Source: Bdellovibrionota bacterium (lineage in GTDB: Bacteria; Bdellovibrionota; UBA1018; UBA923). From it: 45,180 nucleotides of DNA. The stretch spans positions 1 to 45,180 of the forward strand of contig JBFMCE010000016.1 in the NCBI GenBank assembly GCA_040754655.1, written 5' to 3'. Every line of letters starts with the position of its first letter. Position 1 is the first letter of the stretch. The position numbers and the translations under genes were made by a program. The notes under the pieces are model-generated. The model saw only the letters and a program-made list of their open reading frames with translations. It searched no databases and was not told the DNA's origin. Of the stretch, positions 18,789-28,245 are shown in pieces.

Positions 18789-21563
18789 TCACTCCTTACT
18801 GTTTGGGAAAAGTTTTGAGACCATTGAATTGTAGGCTTTTGCATTTTCAGAAAAAGCATACCCTGACAGCTCATCCAAGATCGTACCCCGCAAGCTCGTG
18901 AGCCTTCTAAGGTTCGCAGTATCTTCAAGTGAGCCCTCAAGAAAACGCCTGGGCTCGGAGACCTTGATGAAAAAAGGCGGCAGCTCAATACCATCGTCTT
19001 GGTAATCACCTGCAAACGCGATCGAATAGCCCTTTTCAACATGACCTCCATAAAGTTGCCCGGGTGCGCTCGACCATACCAGCGACACCGGCGTCTTCAG
19101 GGCCTTGCTGACTACGCTTTCGATAACGGCTGATTCTTTGTATTCACCGAACAGCTCGTCGAACTTTGTCGCGTCCATATTTTTCCAAAACATGTGGTCG
19201 ACGAAGTTTCTCGCAATAAGCGGGTTTGTCCTTAAGATCTTCAAGGCCAGGGTTTGTGGGTGCTTGACGTAATCATTTGAAAGCGCCGCCTGCGGCGTGT
19301 AACTGGGGTTGGATTTCCAGTTTTCCATCGTAATACGAATGCTTCGGTAATCGAGGACGCGATCGATCCATTGAATCACTCCATCTCCAGAAAGCGCTCG
19401 CTCTTGAGCGATACTCAACTCAACGATTTTAAGGGCGCGATTCAATAACGCATTGGCAAGCTCCATTCCCCGTTTGTCAGCTCCGGCCGACCTTACCGAT
19501 TTGGCATCAGGAAGGCGTAGTGCGCTGGCAGGACCTATAAGACTGAGATACGGGTGCAGCAAAAGCGCATACTCGGCGATTTGCACAGCCACGCCTGGGG
19601 CCACTGGGCCTGAGAGAGTATCAAAAATTGACTGAGCTCTAGACGCTCCGAGTGCATCAGAGCTCTCGGAATACGGCGCATATTGAAGGGTTTTGAATTC
19701 TCCGGAACCCAGAAATATGCCGGTCGCGATCCTCAAATCAGATCCGACACCGTATTCGACTAAAGCATTGAAGAATACCCTTAATTTCTCCCATGCTTTG
19801 ATCTTTTCATTTAGAACACGTGTATCAGCCGCGGAAGCGCTCGCCCATTGCCCCCCACCAGCATAGGTCGCCATGCGGAAAGTTTCGGAAAGCTGAGTGC
19901 CGCTGGCGAGAGGTTCAAGAAGCTGCTCAATGAATTGGTGACAACGGCCAAAGAGATTACGGTTTTCCGCGAAATGCTGCGCAAACTTACCGTAGCTCGG
20001 GAATAGCCCATTTTTGAACCCATAGTCTGCACGGCGTTTCTCAAAAATGAGGCAGGCGTTGAGATCACGATTCAAGAGCTCGGCAAGGATGCGTCGGTTC
20101 ACCAGCAAATCCTGCCGCACGTCTTCAATTTGATTCTGAATGCGAACGAGCTGTTTTTGTATGTTTACAAGGGCTTTTAAGATGCGCTCTTGATTTTTGA
20201 GAATCGCTTCTTGCCCGCGAGCGAGCCCCGCGAGCGCTTCCATGACTTGTTTGTGACGAAGCTCGCCGATATCAGGCCCGCCTCCTCCGCCGAAAAGACC
20301 AAAAATGCCGCTCACGATCTGTATGGGATTCATGGAAAGGATCCCGCTCGTAAGCTGAACAAGGCTCGTCCCGATCTTCACAGCGGTGTTCAAACCCTTT
20401 ACCACTCCGGGATCGACCCCGAGCTCACTTGCGATCATCACGATCGCCGTGGCACCTTCGATTATTTGTTTTGAAGTGTTCACGATGTCGTATTTGAGTT
20501 TGGCCATCTCGACTTCGCTTTTCACTTTTTCCCGCTCTTCAGGGGACAGGTTGTTGAGAGCGTGTCCCGCTTTTAAAAGTTCAAGCTGTGTTTCAGGATC
20601 CCCTTTTCGAAAAAGGAAATTTTCAATGTATTGGATATCTTGTTGATTCTTGATGCCGGAAATTTCAACTTTGGTTAGGCGCAAAGATAACGCTTCGCTG
20701 GCATCAGCCAACGTTTTAAAGTTCTGTTGCGTCTGCTCAGCGAACTTGTGAAAAGTCTGATTGATCTTTGTGATTTGCTGTTCGTGCGCCTTGAGCATTT
20801 GGCGATTTTGCAGGATTTGGATTTGAGTGTATTCCGCTTGAAAATCTCTCAATGCTGCTTCATCGGCTAAAGCCACTGAGATCGTCTTGAAAGCGTCTTG
20901 GATCAAAACCTCATGGAGAGAACCCAACTTCTCTGGTTTGAGCGTCGTAAACAGAGGCGCACGCTCACGTAAAATATCGTAGACCTTTTGAGGGTCTTTT
21001 CCGACAAGTCTTGAAAGGTTATTATCACCCGTTTCGTTTCTGTATCGATCAAGTGCGTCTGCAAGGAGAATTTGATAGCGTTTCTGTTGCTCATCTTTAA
21101 GGTAATCGATGGCAACGTCAACCGAGGTCTCAGCGGCCTTTCCTAGGATTTTAGCGAATACTCCGCCACCAAGCGTGGGAGCGGCGGCATCAGCACCCGC
21201 ATCGATCGCGAACTTCACCCCCCACCGCGTTCCTTCAAAAAGAGAGTTCTGGTTTTCAAGTTGTTTGCGAGTTTCCGTGTAAAACTCTAGCGCGAGGTTC
21301 GCATCTGTCTTTTCTGGTTCGATCTTCTTCCATTCCTTGATGAGCTCGTTATAAACCTCAGGACTCAACTCAACTTGCAGGTCTTGGGCGACCTGAGCTT
21401 TGACTGCAGGGTGGAGGTTGGTTTGAGCGATGGTTTCTTCAAACTTCTGCTGATCTTGCAGTGGAACTTCAATTCGCTTTTTCCCTATTGCATACGAATG
21501 AGAGACTAGACCGTTCAAGAAAAAGAGCAGACCTGCCAAAACTAAAAAGCTGTTTCGTTTCAT
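18789..21563 (-). CDS. Large secreted coiled-coil protein (about 924 aa), function unknown
   Basis: Start moved to ATG 21563, which gives a clean signal peptide (MKRNSFLVLAGLLFFLNGLVSHSYA) and lies downstream of a sigma54 box. Q/E/K-rich heptads flank Gly/Ala-rich hydrophobic segments. Confidence 0.8.
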   Translation of the reverse strand: MKRNSFLVLAGLLFFLNGLVSHSYAIGKKRIEVPLQDQQKFEETIAQTNLHPAVKAQVAQDLQVELSPEVYNELIKEWKKIEPEKTDANLALEFYTETRKQLENQNSLFEGTRWGVKFAIDAGADAAAPTLGGGVFAKILGKAAETSVDVAIDYLKDEQQKRYQILLADALDRYRNETGDNNLSRLVGKDPQKVYDILRERAPLFTTLKPEKLGSLHEVLIQDAFKTISVALADEAALRDFQAEYTQIQILQNRQMLKAHEQQITKINQTFHKFAEQTQQNFKTLADASEALSLRLTKVEISGIKNQQDIQYIENFLFRKGDPETQLELLKAGHALNNLSPEEREKVKSEVEMAKLKYDIVNTSKQIIEGATAIVMIASELGVDPGVVKGLNTAVKIGTSLVQLTSGILSMNPIQIVSGIFGLFGGGGGPDIGELRHKQVMEALAGLARGQEAILKNQERILKALVNIQKQLVRIQNQIEDVRQDLLVNRRILAELLNRDLNACLIFEKRRADYGFKNGLFPSYGKFAQHFAENRNLFGRCHQFIEQLLEPLASGTQLSETFRMATYAGGGQWASASAADTRVLNEKIKAWEKLRVFFNALVEYGVGSDLRIATGIFLGSGEFKTLQYAPYSESSDALGASRAQSIFDTLSGPVAPGVAVQIAEYALLLHPYLSLIGPASALRLPDAKSVRSAGADKRGMELANALLNRALKIVELSIAQERALSGDGVIQWIDRVLDYRSIRITMENWKSNPSYTPQAALSNDYVKHPQTLALKILRTNPLIARNFVDHMFWKNMDATKFDELFGEYKESAVIESVVSKALKTPVSLVWSSAPGQLYGGHVEKGYSIAFAGDYQDDGIELPPFFIKVSEPRRFLEGSLEDTANLRRLTSLRGTILDELSGYAFSENAKAYNSMVSKLFPNSKE

Positions 21564-21576
21564 GGCTGCTCGACAG

Positions 21577-21592
21577 AGCAACCCTTGTGCCA
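21577..21592 (-). promoter_or_regulatory. sigma54 (-24/-12) promoter of the four-gene exported-protein operon
   Basis: Minus strand TGGCACAAGGGTTGCT, GG-N10-GC; 14 of 16 positions identical to the box at 5271-5286. Confidence 0.75.
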
Positions 21593-21609
21593 GCAAAAAC
21601 CTTTTGCTG
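21591..21609. repeat. Perfect 8-bp inverted repeat abutting the -24 element (possible operator or hairpin)
   Basis: CAGCAAAA-ACC-TTTTGCTG. Confidence 0.5.
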
Positions 21610-21729
21610 ACACACATAATTTTCAAATGTTATTCAGTACTTAAAATTGGGGCAAGATCAGGTGCCAGCTAATCCAGACACCTCTGTGTTCGCTTTATCG
21701 AACATCTGTAGCCAGTTGAAAACAGTCGC

Positions 21730-22671
21730 TCAAGCAACGACAGGAATGTTCTTTGCGAGCCAGGCTTGCAGGTATTTTGAAGTGGGAACGCGACCCAGAG
21801 ATTGAACCGCGATTCGGCTGGCCTCACAGAGCTTATCAAGGCGAACTCGGGTGCGGATTCCCATGCCTTCAAGCATATAAACAAGATCCTCGGTGGCGAC
21901 ATTGCCTGCGGCGCCCGGTGCGTAGTTACAACCGCCCAGCCCGCCGCTTGAGCAATCTAGCGTGCGCACTCCGAAACCCACTGCGGCCAAGCAATTGGGA
22001 AGGGCTGTTCCTCTCGTGTCGTGAAAATGACCGGCAATCTGGTCACGTGCGATCTCTGACTTGAGCCTAAGCAAAAGATCTACCACCTCTCGAGGAGTGG
22101 CGACCCCAATGGTGTCACCAAGACTTACCTGCTCGATGCCCATATCCAAGAGTTTTTGGGAAAGCTTCACAACGTTGCCAGGTTTTACTTTTCCCTCGTA
22201 CGGACAGCCCCAACACACCGAGATATACCCTCGCACCCGGATCTTTTCTTTTTGAGCGCGTTCGCTGATGCGTTTGAAAACTTTGAGCGACTCCGCCACA
22301 TTCATGCCAATATTCTTGGTAGTGAAAGTATCGGTCGCGCCCGTAAATACGGCAACCGCTTTGCACCCTGCTTCAATCGCGCGATCAAGCCCTCGTTCAT
22401 TGGGCACAAGCGCCCAAAGCGTAAGGCCGCGCTTCTTGGTATAACCCTTGTTCTCGAGCGCTTTGAAAATACGATCAGTGCTCGCCATCTGCGGTACGCG
22501 GTCTTCACGCACGAATGCGCCCACTTCAACATCACGCAATCCGCTCTCAAGCAAGGCCTCGATGTACTGAAGCTTTGACTCAAGAGGGAGCGGAGTCTTT
22601 TCGTTTTGAAGCCCATCACGAGGCCCGACTTCAAAAAGTCTAACCGTGTTGGGCAAAGGCCAATTCATCAC
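21730..22671 (-). CDS. liuE: Hydroxymethylglutaryl-CoA lyase
   Basis: EVGPRDGLQNE, VPQMA, GCPYEG, SLGDTIGVATP, HFHDTRG, GGLGGCNYAPGAAGNVATED. Confidence 0.93.
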   Translation of the reverse strand: MMNWPLPNTVRLFEVGPRDGLQNEKTPLPLESKLQYIEALLESGLRDVEVGAFVREDRVPQMASTDRIFKALENKGYTKKRGLTLWALVPNERGLDRAIEAGCKAVAVFTGATDTFTTKNIGMNVAESLKVFKRISERAQKEKIRVRGYISVCWGCPYEGKVKPGNVVKLSQKLLDMGIEQVSLGDTIGVATPREVVDLLLRLKSEIARDQIAGHFHDTRGTALPNCLAAVGFGVRTLDCSSGGLGGCNYAPGAAGNVATEDLVYMLEGMGIRTRVRLDKLCEASRIAVQSLGRVPTSKYLQAWLAKNIPVVA

Positions 22672-24446
22672 TTCGCGCCTTCCTCCCAGTCCACTAAGAG
22701 TGCTCCGGCGGCGATTACTTGTCCAGCACTCACATGAACGGCTTTTACTTTTGTATCCGCTGCCGCGGAGTACGAGAACTCCATCTTCATTGACTCACAA
22801 ACCACAACCACTTCGCCTGCGCTCACCTTCTGCCCGGGGCTGACGAGAACTTTTAAAACTTTGCCGGGATATTCCGCCACAAGCGGACCCGCCATGGCTA
22901 GGTCTTTTGCTTCCCCCGCACGGTGGGCTTGGCGAGTTGAGGCCTTCCGCATGGACGCGGCGGCCGAACCCGCTATTTTTCCGCTGCTGCCGGGTCCAAA
23001 TACAAACCACGGAGAGGGCGGATCGTTTCGAGCTGGCAGCCTTGATTGCGGCTCCTGAGACGGCTCAGATCGAACGGCGCCTTTCCAAGAACCAAACTCT
23101 TGAGCTAAAAAATGCGTCGTGACTTTTCCTTCGATGAAAAACGGGTGCTTTAATACATCGAGCAAGTAGGCCCCATTCCATGCGACTCCAACGACCCGGG
23201 TCTTAGCAAGCCCTTCCAGTAAGTTTTGCCTGGCCTGTTCTCGATTCATTCCCCAAGCAATCACCTTTGCAAGCATTGCATCATAAAACAAAGGCACTTC
23301 GCTACCGGCCTCATAACCCTTGTCTACCCGCAAATAGGGCGATTGAGGAAACTCGAGCTCACTCAACGCTCCGGGCGAAGGCATGAAGCCCTTTGATGGA
23401 TCTTCAGCGTAAATCCGAACCTCAATCGCATGACCGCGGACAGTCTGCGCTTCAAGCTCTTTAGGGAGCTTTTCGCCTGAGGCGATCTTGAGTTGAAGAA
23501 CCGGAAGATCCACTCCCCATACCAATTCTGTGACGGGATGTTCAACTTGAAGCCTGGTGTTCATCTCGAGGAAATAGAAGTTCTCTTTTTCGTCGACCAA
23601 AAACTCGCACGTACCCGCATTCACATACTTCACGGCCTCGGCTAGACTTACGGCTGCGCTCCAAAGGGCCTTGCGGGTTTTGTCTGAAAGATTGGGAGCA
23701 GGCGATTCTTCAATAACCTTCTGGTGCCTGCGTTGAACTGAACACTCGCGCTCGCCAAGCGCTAACACCTTGCCTGAACTATCGCCCAGTATCTGCACTT
23801 CGATATGCCTAGCGACCCTGCAATACGCTTCGAGAAAAATTTCTCCCGACCCAAAGGCCCCTTGCGCTTCTCTTACTGCGGATTCGGCTTTTTCTTCGAG
23901 CTCTGCTTCAGCCTCGACGAGCCTCATTCCGCGCCCGCCACCACCAGCTGCAGCCTTAAGAAGAAGAGGAAACCCGATCTTCTTCGCGGCGGCTGTGAGA
24001 TCCTTCGGGCCCCACTTGTCTTGCAACAAAGCCCAGGAAAGCGTTGGAACCTTTGCTTTTTCCGCGGCTTTCTTTGCAGCGATCTTGTTACCCATGAGAT
24101 CGATGGTTTGCGGATCAGGACCAATCCACACAAGGCCCGCTGCCTTCACGGCCTCGGCGAAGTGCGCACGCTCTGAGAGAAATCCATATCCCGGATGAAT
24201 GGCTTGCGCCCCTGCCTTCGTGGCGGCGGTGATGATCTTCTCGGAACAAAGATAACTCTCGCCCGCAGGCCCGGGCCCGATCTCAATGCTCTCATCGGCA
24301 AGCCTCACGTGACGGGCATTTTTATCGGCCTCAGAATAAACCGCCACGGTCTTCAAGCCAAGCGTGCGACAGGCCGCTATAATCCGACACGCAATCTCGG
24401 CGCGATTGGCGATGAGGACTTTATCAAACCGAGCTTTTGGGCTCAT
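22668..24446 (-). CDS. liuD: 3-methylcrotonyl-CoA carboxylase alpha subunit (biotin carboxylase + biotin carrier)
   Basis: LIANRAEIA, HPGYGFLSE, GGGGRGMR, ECSVQRRHQKVIEE, EMNTRLQVEHPVTE, biotinylation motif ESMKME; operon context. Confidence 0.85.
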   Translation of the reverse strand: MSPKARFDKVLIANRAEIACRIIAACRTLGLKTVAVYSEADKNARHVRLADESIEIGPGPAGESYLCSEKIITAATKAGAQAIHPGYGFLSERAHFAEAVKAAGLVWIGPDPQTIDLMGNKIAAKKAAEKAKVPTLSWALLQDKWGPKDLTAAAKKIGFPLLLKAAAGGGGRGMRLVEAEAELEEKAESAVREAQGAFGSGEIFLEAYCRVARHIEVQILGDSSGKVLALGERECSVQRRHQKVIEESPAPNLSDKTRKALWSAAVSLAEAVKYVNAGTCEFLVDEKENFYFLEMNTRLQVEHPVTELVWGVDLPVLQLKIASGEKLPKELEAQTVRGHAIEVRIYAEDPSKGFMPSPGALSELEFPQSPYLRVDKGYEAGSEVPLFYDAMLAKVIAWGMNREQARQNLLEGLAKTRVVGVAWNGAYLLDVLKHPFFIEGKVTTHFLAQEFGSWKGAVRSEPSQEPQSRLPARNDPPSPWFVFGPGSSGKIAGSAAASMRKASTRQAHRAGEAKDLAMAGPLVAEYPGKVLKVLVSPGQKVSAGEVVVVCESMKMEFSYSAAADTKVKAVHVSAGQVIAAGALLVDWEEGAK

Positions 24447-25228
24447 TCTTTAATCCAATTGGGTTTTCGTTTTTCAAGAAACGCCGTCACTCCTTCCAGC
24501 CCTTCAGGACTGACTCGAAGTTCGGCAAGGGTTTTGGCCACGTACTCAAGGCCGTCTTCAAAGTTTCTCGATTTGATCCCGCGAACAAGCGCCTTGGCTG
24601 CCGCCATCGCTTTGGGGCCGCATTGCAAGAGATTGGCCGTGATCCTTCCGCAAGAAGCTTCTAAGGCCGCGGGGTTTTCAACCACTTCATGCACAAGACC
24701 AATTTGATGGGCCCGCTCAGCCGAGAACCGCTCGGCTGACATGAAATACGCACGCGCGTGCGTTTCACCGATTTTCGCCAAAACAAAAGGCCCGATGCAC
24801 GCTGGAATAATGCCGAGGCGAACTTCGCTCAAACTGAATTGGGTCTCTCGGCTCGCGATCACGTAATCGCAAATGCTGACGAGCCCCACTCCGCCCCCGA
24901 TCGCTGCACCTTGAACCAGGCCTACGACAGGTTTTGGACATTCGTTCAAGGTCGCGAACATCCTTGCAAGCTTTCTGGTGTCAGCAAGGTTCTCATCAGC
25001 CGGCATATTCACCGCGCTTCTCATCCAGTTCAAATCGCCGCCCGCGCAAAACACAGAACCTTGCCCCTTGAATACGACGACTCTGATCTCTTCGTCGCGG
25101 GCGATTTTATCAAACGCACCTTGCAGATCCGCCACTAGATGCTCGTTGAAAGCGTTACGAACCTCAGGCCTCGCAAGCTCTACTGTGAAGACTCCTTGAT
25201 TGAGCGAAGTTTTGATCGTCGATGCCAT
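24443..25228 (-). CDS. liuC: Enoyl-CoA hydratase, probable methylglutaconyl-CoA hydratase
   Basis: RPEVRNAFN, FCAGGDLNWM, GAAIGGGVGL, SEVRLGIIPA, AFLEKRKPNW; lies between the MCC subunits. Confidence 0.87.
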   Translation of the reverse strand: MASTIKTSLNQGVFTVELARPEVRNAFNEHLVADLQGAFDKIARDEEIRVVVFKGQGSVFCAGGDLNWMRSAVNMPADENLADTRKLARMFATLNECPKPVVGLVQGAAIGGGVGLVSICDYVIASRETQFSLSEVRLGIIPACIGPFVLAKIGETHARAYFMSAERFSAERAHQIGLVHEVVENPAALEASCGRITANLLQCGPKAMAAAKALVRGIKSRNFEDGLEYVAKTLAELRVSPEGLEGVTAFLEKRKPNWIKE

Positions 25229-25246
25229 GATATGGATATCTCCTTG

Positions 25247-26860
25247 TCACATGCGAAACACGCCAAAAGGCGTGGTCGGTACGGGCGCGTTGTAGGCAGC
25301 AGCCAAACCCAGAGCCAAGTGTTTTCGGGTTTCAACTGGTGAGATCACGCCGTCATCCCACAAGCGCGCCGTGCTGTAGTACGGTGATCCTTCTTCCTCG
25401 TATTTCCTTAAAATAGGTTCTCTGATCTTGGCCACGTCGGCATCGCTCATCGATTTTCCTTGAGCCTTGAGCTGCTCGACCTTCACGGTCGAAAGAACAG
25501 TGGCGGCCTGCTCTCCTCCCATCACTGAGATGCGCGCATTGGGCCACATCCATAGGAACCTTGGGCCATAGGCCCGTCCGCACATGCCGTAGTTTCCGGC
25601 CCCAAACGAACCACCCACGACGACGGTAAATTTGGGCACTTGCGCGTTTGCAACGGCCATCACCATCTTGGCGCCGTCTTTTGCAATTCCACCCGCTTCA
25701 TACTGTTTACCCACCATGAAGCCCGTGATGTTCTGCAAAAATACGAGTGGAATTTTTCGCTGGCTGCAAAGTTCGATGAAATGGGCCGCTTTCAGCGCGC
25801 TCTCAGAAAATAAAACACCGTTGTTGCCGATGATACCGACGGGATAACCAAAAACATGCGCAAACGCCGTCACAAGCGTCGTGCCATAGAGAGGTTTGAA
25901 CTCGTGAAACCTGCTTCCATCAACGATGCGCGCGATGACCTCGCGAATATCGTATTGAAACCGTGTTTCAGCCGGCACAAGCCCTAGGATTTCTTCAGGA
26001 TCATAGGTTGGATCTTCGGGCGCCTGTCTTTCTGCCAAAGAGCCGAAACCTTCGGGTCTCTGCCTGTTCAGATGAAAAACAATGTCACGCGCAATAGAGA
26101 GAGCATGCCTGTCGTCGACCGCGTAGTGATCCGCTACCCCCGAAGTTCTGGCGTGCACATCCGCCCCGCCCAATTCTTCCGCGGTCACCACTTCACCCGT
26201 CGCGGCTTTCACAAGAGGCGGCCCACCCAAAAAGATCGTCCCTTGTTTACGCACAATAATGGTCTCATCGCTCATCGCAGGTACGTAAGCACCGCCAGCC
26301 GTGCAAGAACCCATCACGACCGCAATTTGTGGAACTCCCTTGGCTGACATATTGGCCTGATTGTAAAAAATTCGCCCGAAATGTTCTTTATCCGGAAAAA
26401 CCTCTGCCTGCAGAGGGAGGAATGCTCCACCTGAATCTACAAGGTAGATGCAAGGCAGACGATTCTGTTCAGCGATCTCTTGGGCTCGGAGGTGCTTTTT
26501 TACCGTGATGGGATAATACGTTCCGCCCTTAACGGTTGCGTCATTAGCAACCACCATCACTTCTCTGCCATGAATAACGCCAATGCCCGTAACGATGCCC
26601 GCTCCTGGCGCATCTCCGTCGTAAAGACCGTGAGCCGCAAGCTTGCTCAACTCGAGGAAAGCTGAGTTTGGATCAAGAAGTTCTCGCACACGATCACGAA
26701 CGAGCAGCTTTCCACGTTCTTCATGACGTTTTCTTGCCTCTTGTCCGCCTCCCTGTTCGGCCTTTAGTTCAACTTCACGCAACTGATTCAACGCCGCCTG
26801 ATGGTGCAGCTTGTTTTTCTGAAACTCGGGGGAAGAAGGGCGAACTTGTGACTTAAACAT
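25247..26860 (-). CDS. liuB: 3-methylcrotonyl-CoA carboxylase beta (carboxyltransferase) subunit
   Basis: [75 protein letters not shown]-terminal FGVFRM. Confidence 0.95.
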   Translation of the reverse strand: MFKSQVRPSSPEFQKNKLHHQAALNQLREVELKAEQGGGQEARKRHEERGKLLVRDRVRELLDPNSAFLELSKLAAHGLYDGDAPGAGIVTGIGVIHGREVMVVANDATVKGGTYYPITVKKHLRAQEIAEQNRLPCIYLVDSGGAFLPLQAEVFPDKEHFGRIFYNQANMSAKGVPQIAVVMGSCTAGGAYVPAMSDETIIVRKQGTIFLGGPPLVKAATGEVVTAEELGGADVHARTSGVADHYAVDDRHALSIARDIVFHLNRQRPEGFGSLAERQAPEDPTYDPEEILGLVPAETRFQYDIREVIARIVDGSRFHEFKPLYGTTLVTAFAHVFGYPVGIIGNNGVLFSESALKAAHFIELCSQRKIPLVFLQNITGFMVGKQYEAGGIAKDGAKMVMAVANAQVPKFTVVVGGSFGAGNYGMCGRAYGPRFLWMWPNARISVMGGEQAATVLSTVKVEQLKAQGKSMSDADVAKIREPILRKYEEEGSPYYSTARLWDDGVISPVETRKHLALGLAAAYNAPVPTTPFGVFRM

Positions 26861-26920
26861 AGGATTTTTAACCCTTTTACTTGACGATTCTCGTTTTTTA
26901 AAGCAATTATTAAAGTTTCT

Positions 26921-28240
26921 ATGAACGGAAACTCCAAGTCACCTTTCGAGGGTTTTTCGAAACTCTCGCTACCTGAACGTCAAGAACGACTCTCTCAACT
27001 GTTCGCACTTTCTCAAGAAGAAATTGAAGTTTTAATGGGAATCCGACACAGTCTCACGGTCGAGCAAGCTGAACACCTGATCGAAAATGTCGTTGGGTTA
27101 TTCACCTTGCCGCTGGGCCTTGCCACACACTTTCGCATTGATGGAAGAGACCTTGCCATTCCCATGGCGGTTGAAGAAACCTCAGTCGTTGCAGCAGCCT
27201 CTGCGTCTGCGAAGTGGGTTCACCGCAACGGGGGATTCAAGACCCGGTCTTTGGGGAATCTTATTATAGGACAAGTTCAATTTCCGACGGTAAAAAACCC
27301 GGTTTCATTTTCAGAGCTCGTAAAAGCAAGCTCCGGGAACCTGATCGATCAAGCCAATGAAGCGGTTCCTAATCTTATTGCGCGTGGCGGAGGTGTTAAA
27401 GACCTGCAAGTAAGATTGATCGACAGGCCTGATGGCCAAACAATGGCCGTGCTGCACCTTCTCTGTGACCCCTGCGATGCCATGGGCGCAAACCTCATCA
27501 ACCAGGTTTGTGAGTCGCTTAAAGGCCCGCTTGAAGAACTCACAGGGGAAAGGGTAGGTTTGTGCATTCTTTCAAACCTTGTCGACACGAAGCTTGTCGA
27601 AGCCACCTGTGAGATTCATGACATTACTCCTGAGCTTGGAAATGCGATTGCCGAAGCAACCTTGTTTGCGAACCTTGATCCATATCGCGGTACGACCCAT
27701 AACAAAGGCGTGATGAACGGAATTGATCCCATTCTCATCGCCACGGGCAATGACTGGCGCGCGGTTGAAGCAGGCATGCATGCTTACATGACGATGGGTG
27801 GCCAATATCGCTCGATCACGGAATGGAAGTATGAAGACGGCGTGCTCAAAGGCAAACTTGTCGCGCCGATCGCCGTGGGAACAGTGGGCGGAGTCACCCG
27901 AATCCATCCTACTGCCCGGGTTTGCTTAAAGATCATGGGCGTCAAACACGCCGAAGAGCTTGCCCGCATCTGCGCTGCCGCTGGACTAGCGCAAAATCTT
28001 TCGGCTTTAAGAGCACTCTGCAGTGAAGGCATCGTGGCTGGGCACATGCGACTTCACGCAGCCAACCTCGCGTTAGCGGCCGGAGCGGAGAAGGATGAGC
28101 TCCCAATCGTTGAAGAGCAATTGCGCCAGGAATCACGCATTACCCTAAGCCGCGCCAAAGAACTCTTGGAACAGATCCGCCAGATGCGCTTGGCGGATCC
28201 GGTTCAAACACGTTCTGCGGCCGTGGTGACCTCTGACTAA
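26921..28240 (+). CDS. mvaA: Class II HMG-CoA reductase
   Basis: [49 protein letters not shown]. Confidence 0.94.
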   Translation: MNGNSKSPFEGFSKLSLPERQERLSQLFALSQEEIEVLMGIRHSLTVEQAEHLIENVVGLFTLPLGLATHFRIDGRDLAIPMAVEETSVVAAASASAKWVHRNGGFKTRSLGNLIIGQVQFPTVKNPVSFSELVKASSGNLIDQANEAVPNLIARGGGVKDLQVRLIDRPDGQTMAVLHLLCDPCDAMGANLINQVCESLKGPLEELTGERVGLCILSNLVDTKLVEATCEIHDITPELGNAIAEATLFANLDPYRGTTHNKGVMNGIDPILIATGNDWRAVEAGMHAYMTMGGQYRSITEWKYEDGVLKGKLVAPIAVGTVGGVTRIHPTARVCLKIMGVKHAEELARICAAAGLAQNLSALRALCSEGIVAGHMRLHAANLALAAGAEKDELPIVEEQLRQESRITLSRAKELLEQIRQMRLADPVQTRSAAVVTSD

Positions 28241-28245
28241 CTCGA

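Noticed and set aside
21564..21626. N-terminal 21 codons of the 945-aa ORF
   Set aside because: They overlap the sigma54 box and precede a clean signal peptide starting at Met22.
21651..21667. Second sigma54-like box TGGCACCTGATCTTGCC (minus strand)
   Set aside because: GG-N11-GC spacing; sigma54 requires N10.
26861..26920. sigma70 promoter TTGACG for mvaA
   Set aside because: A -35-like hexamer is present at 26881, but there is no convincing -10 at 16-18 nt spacing.
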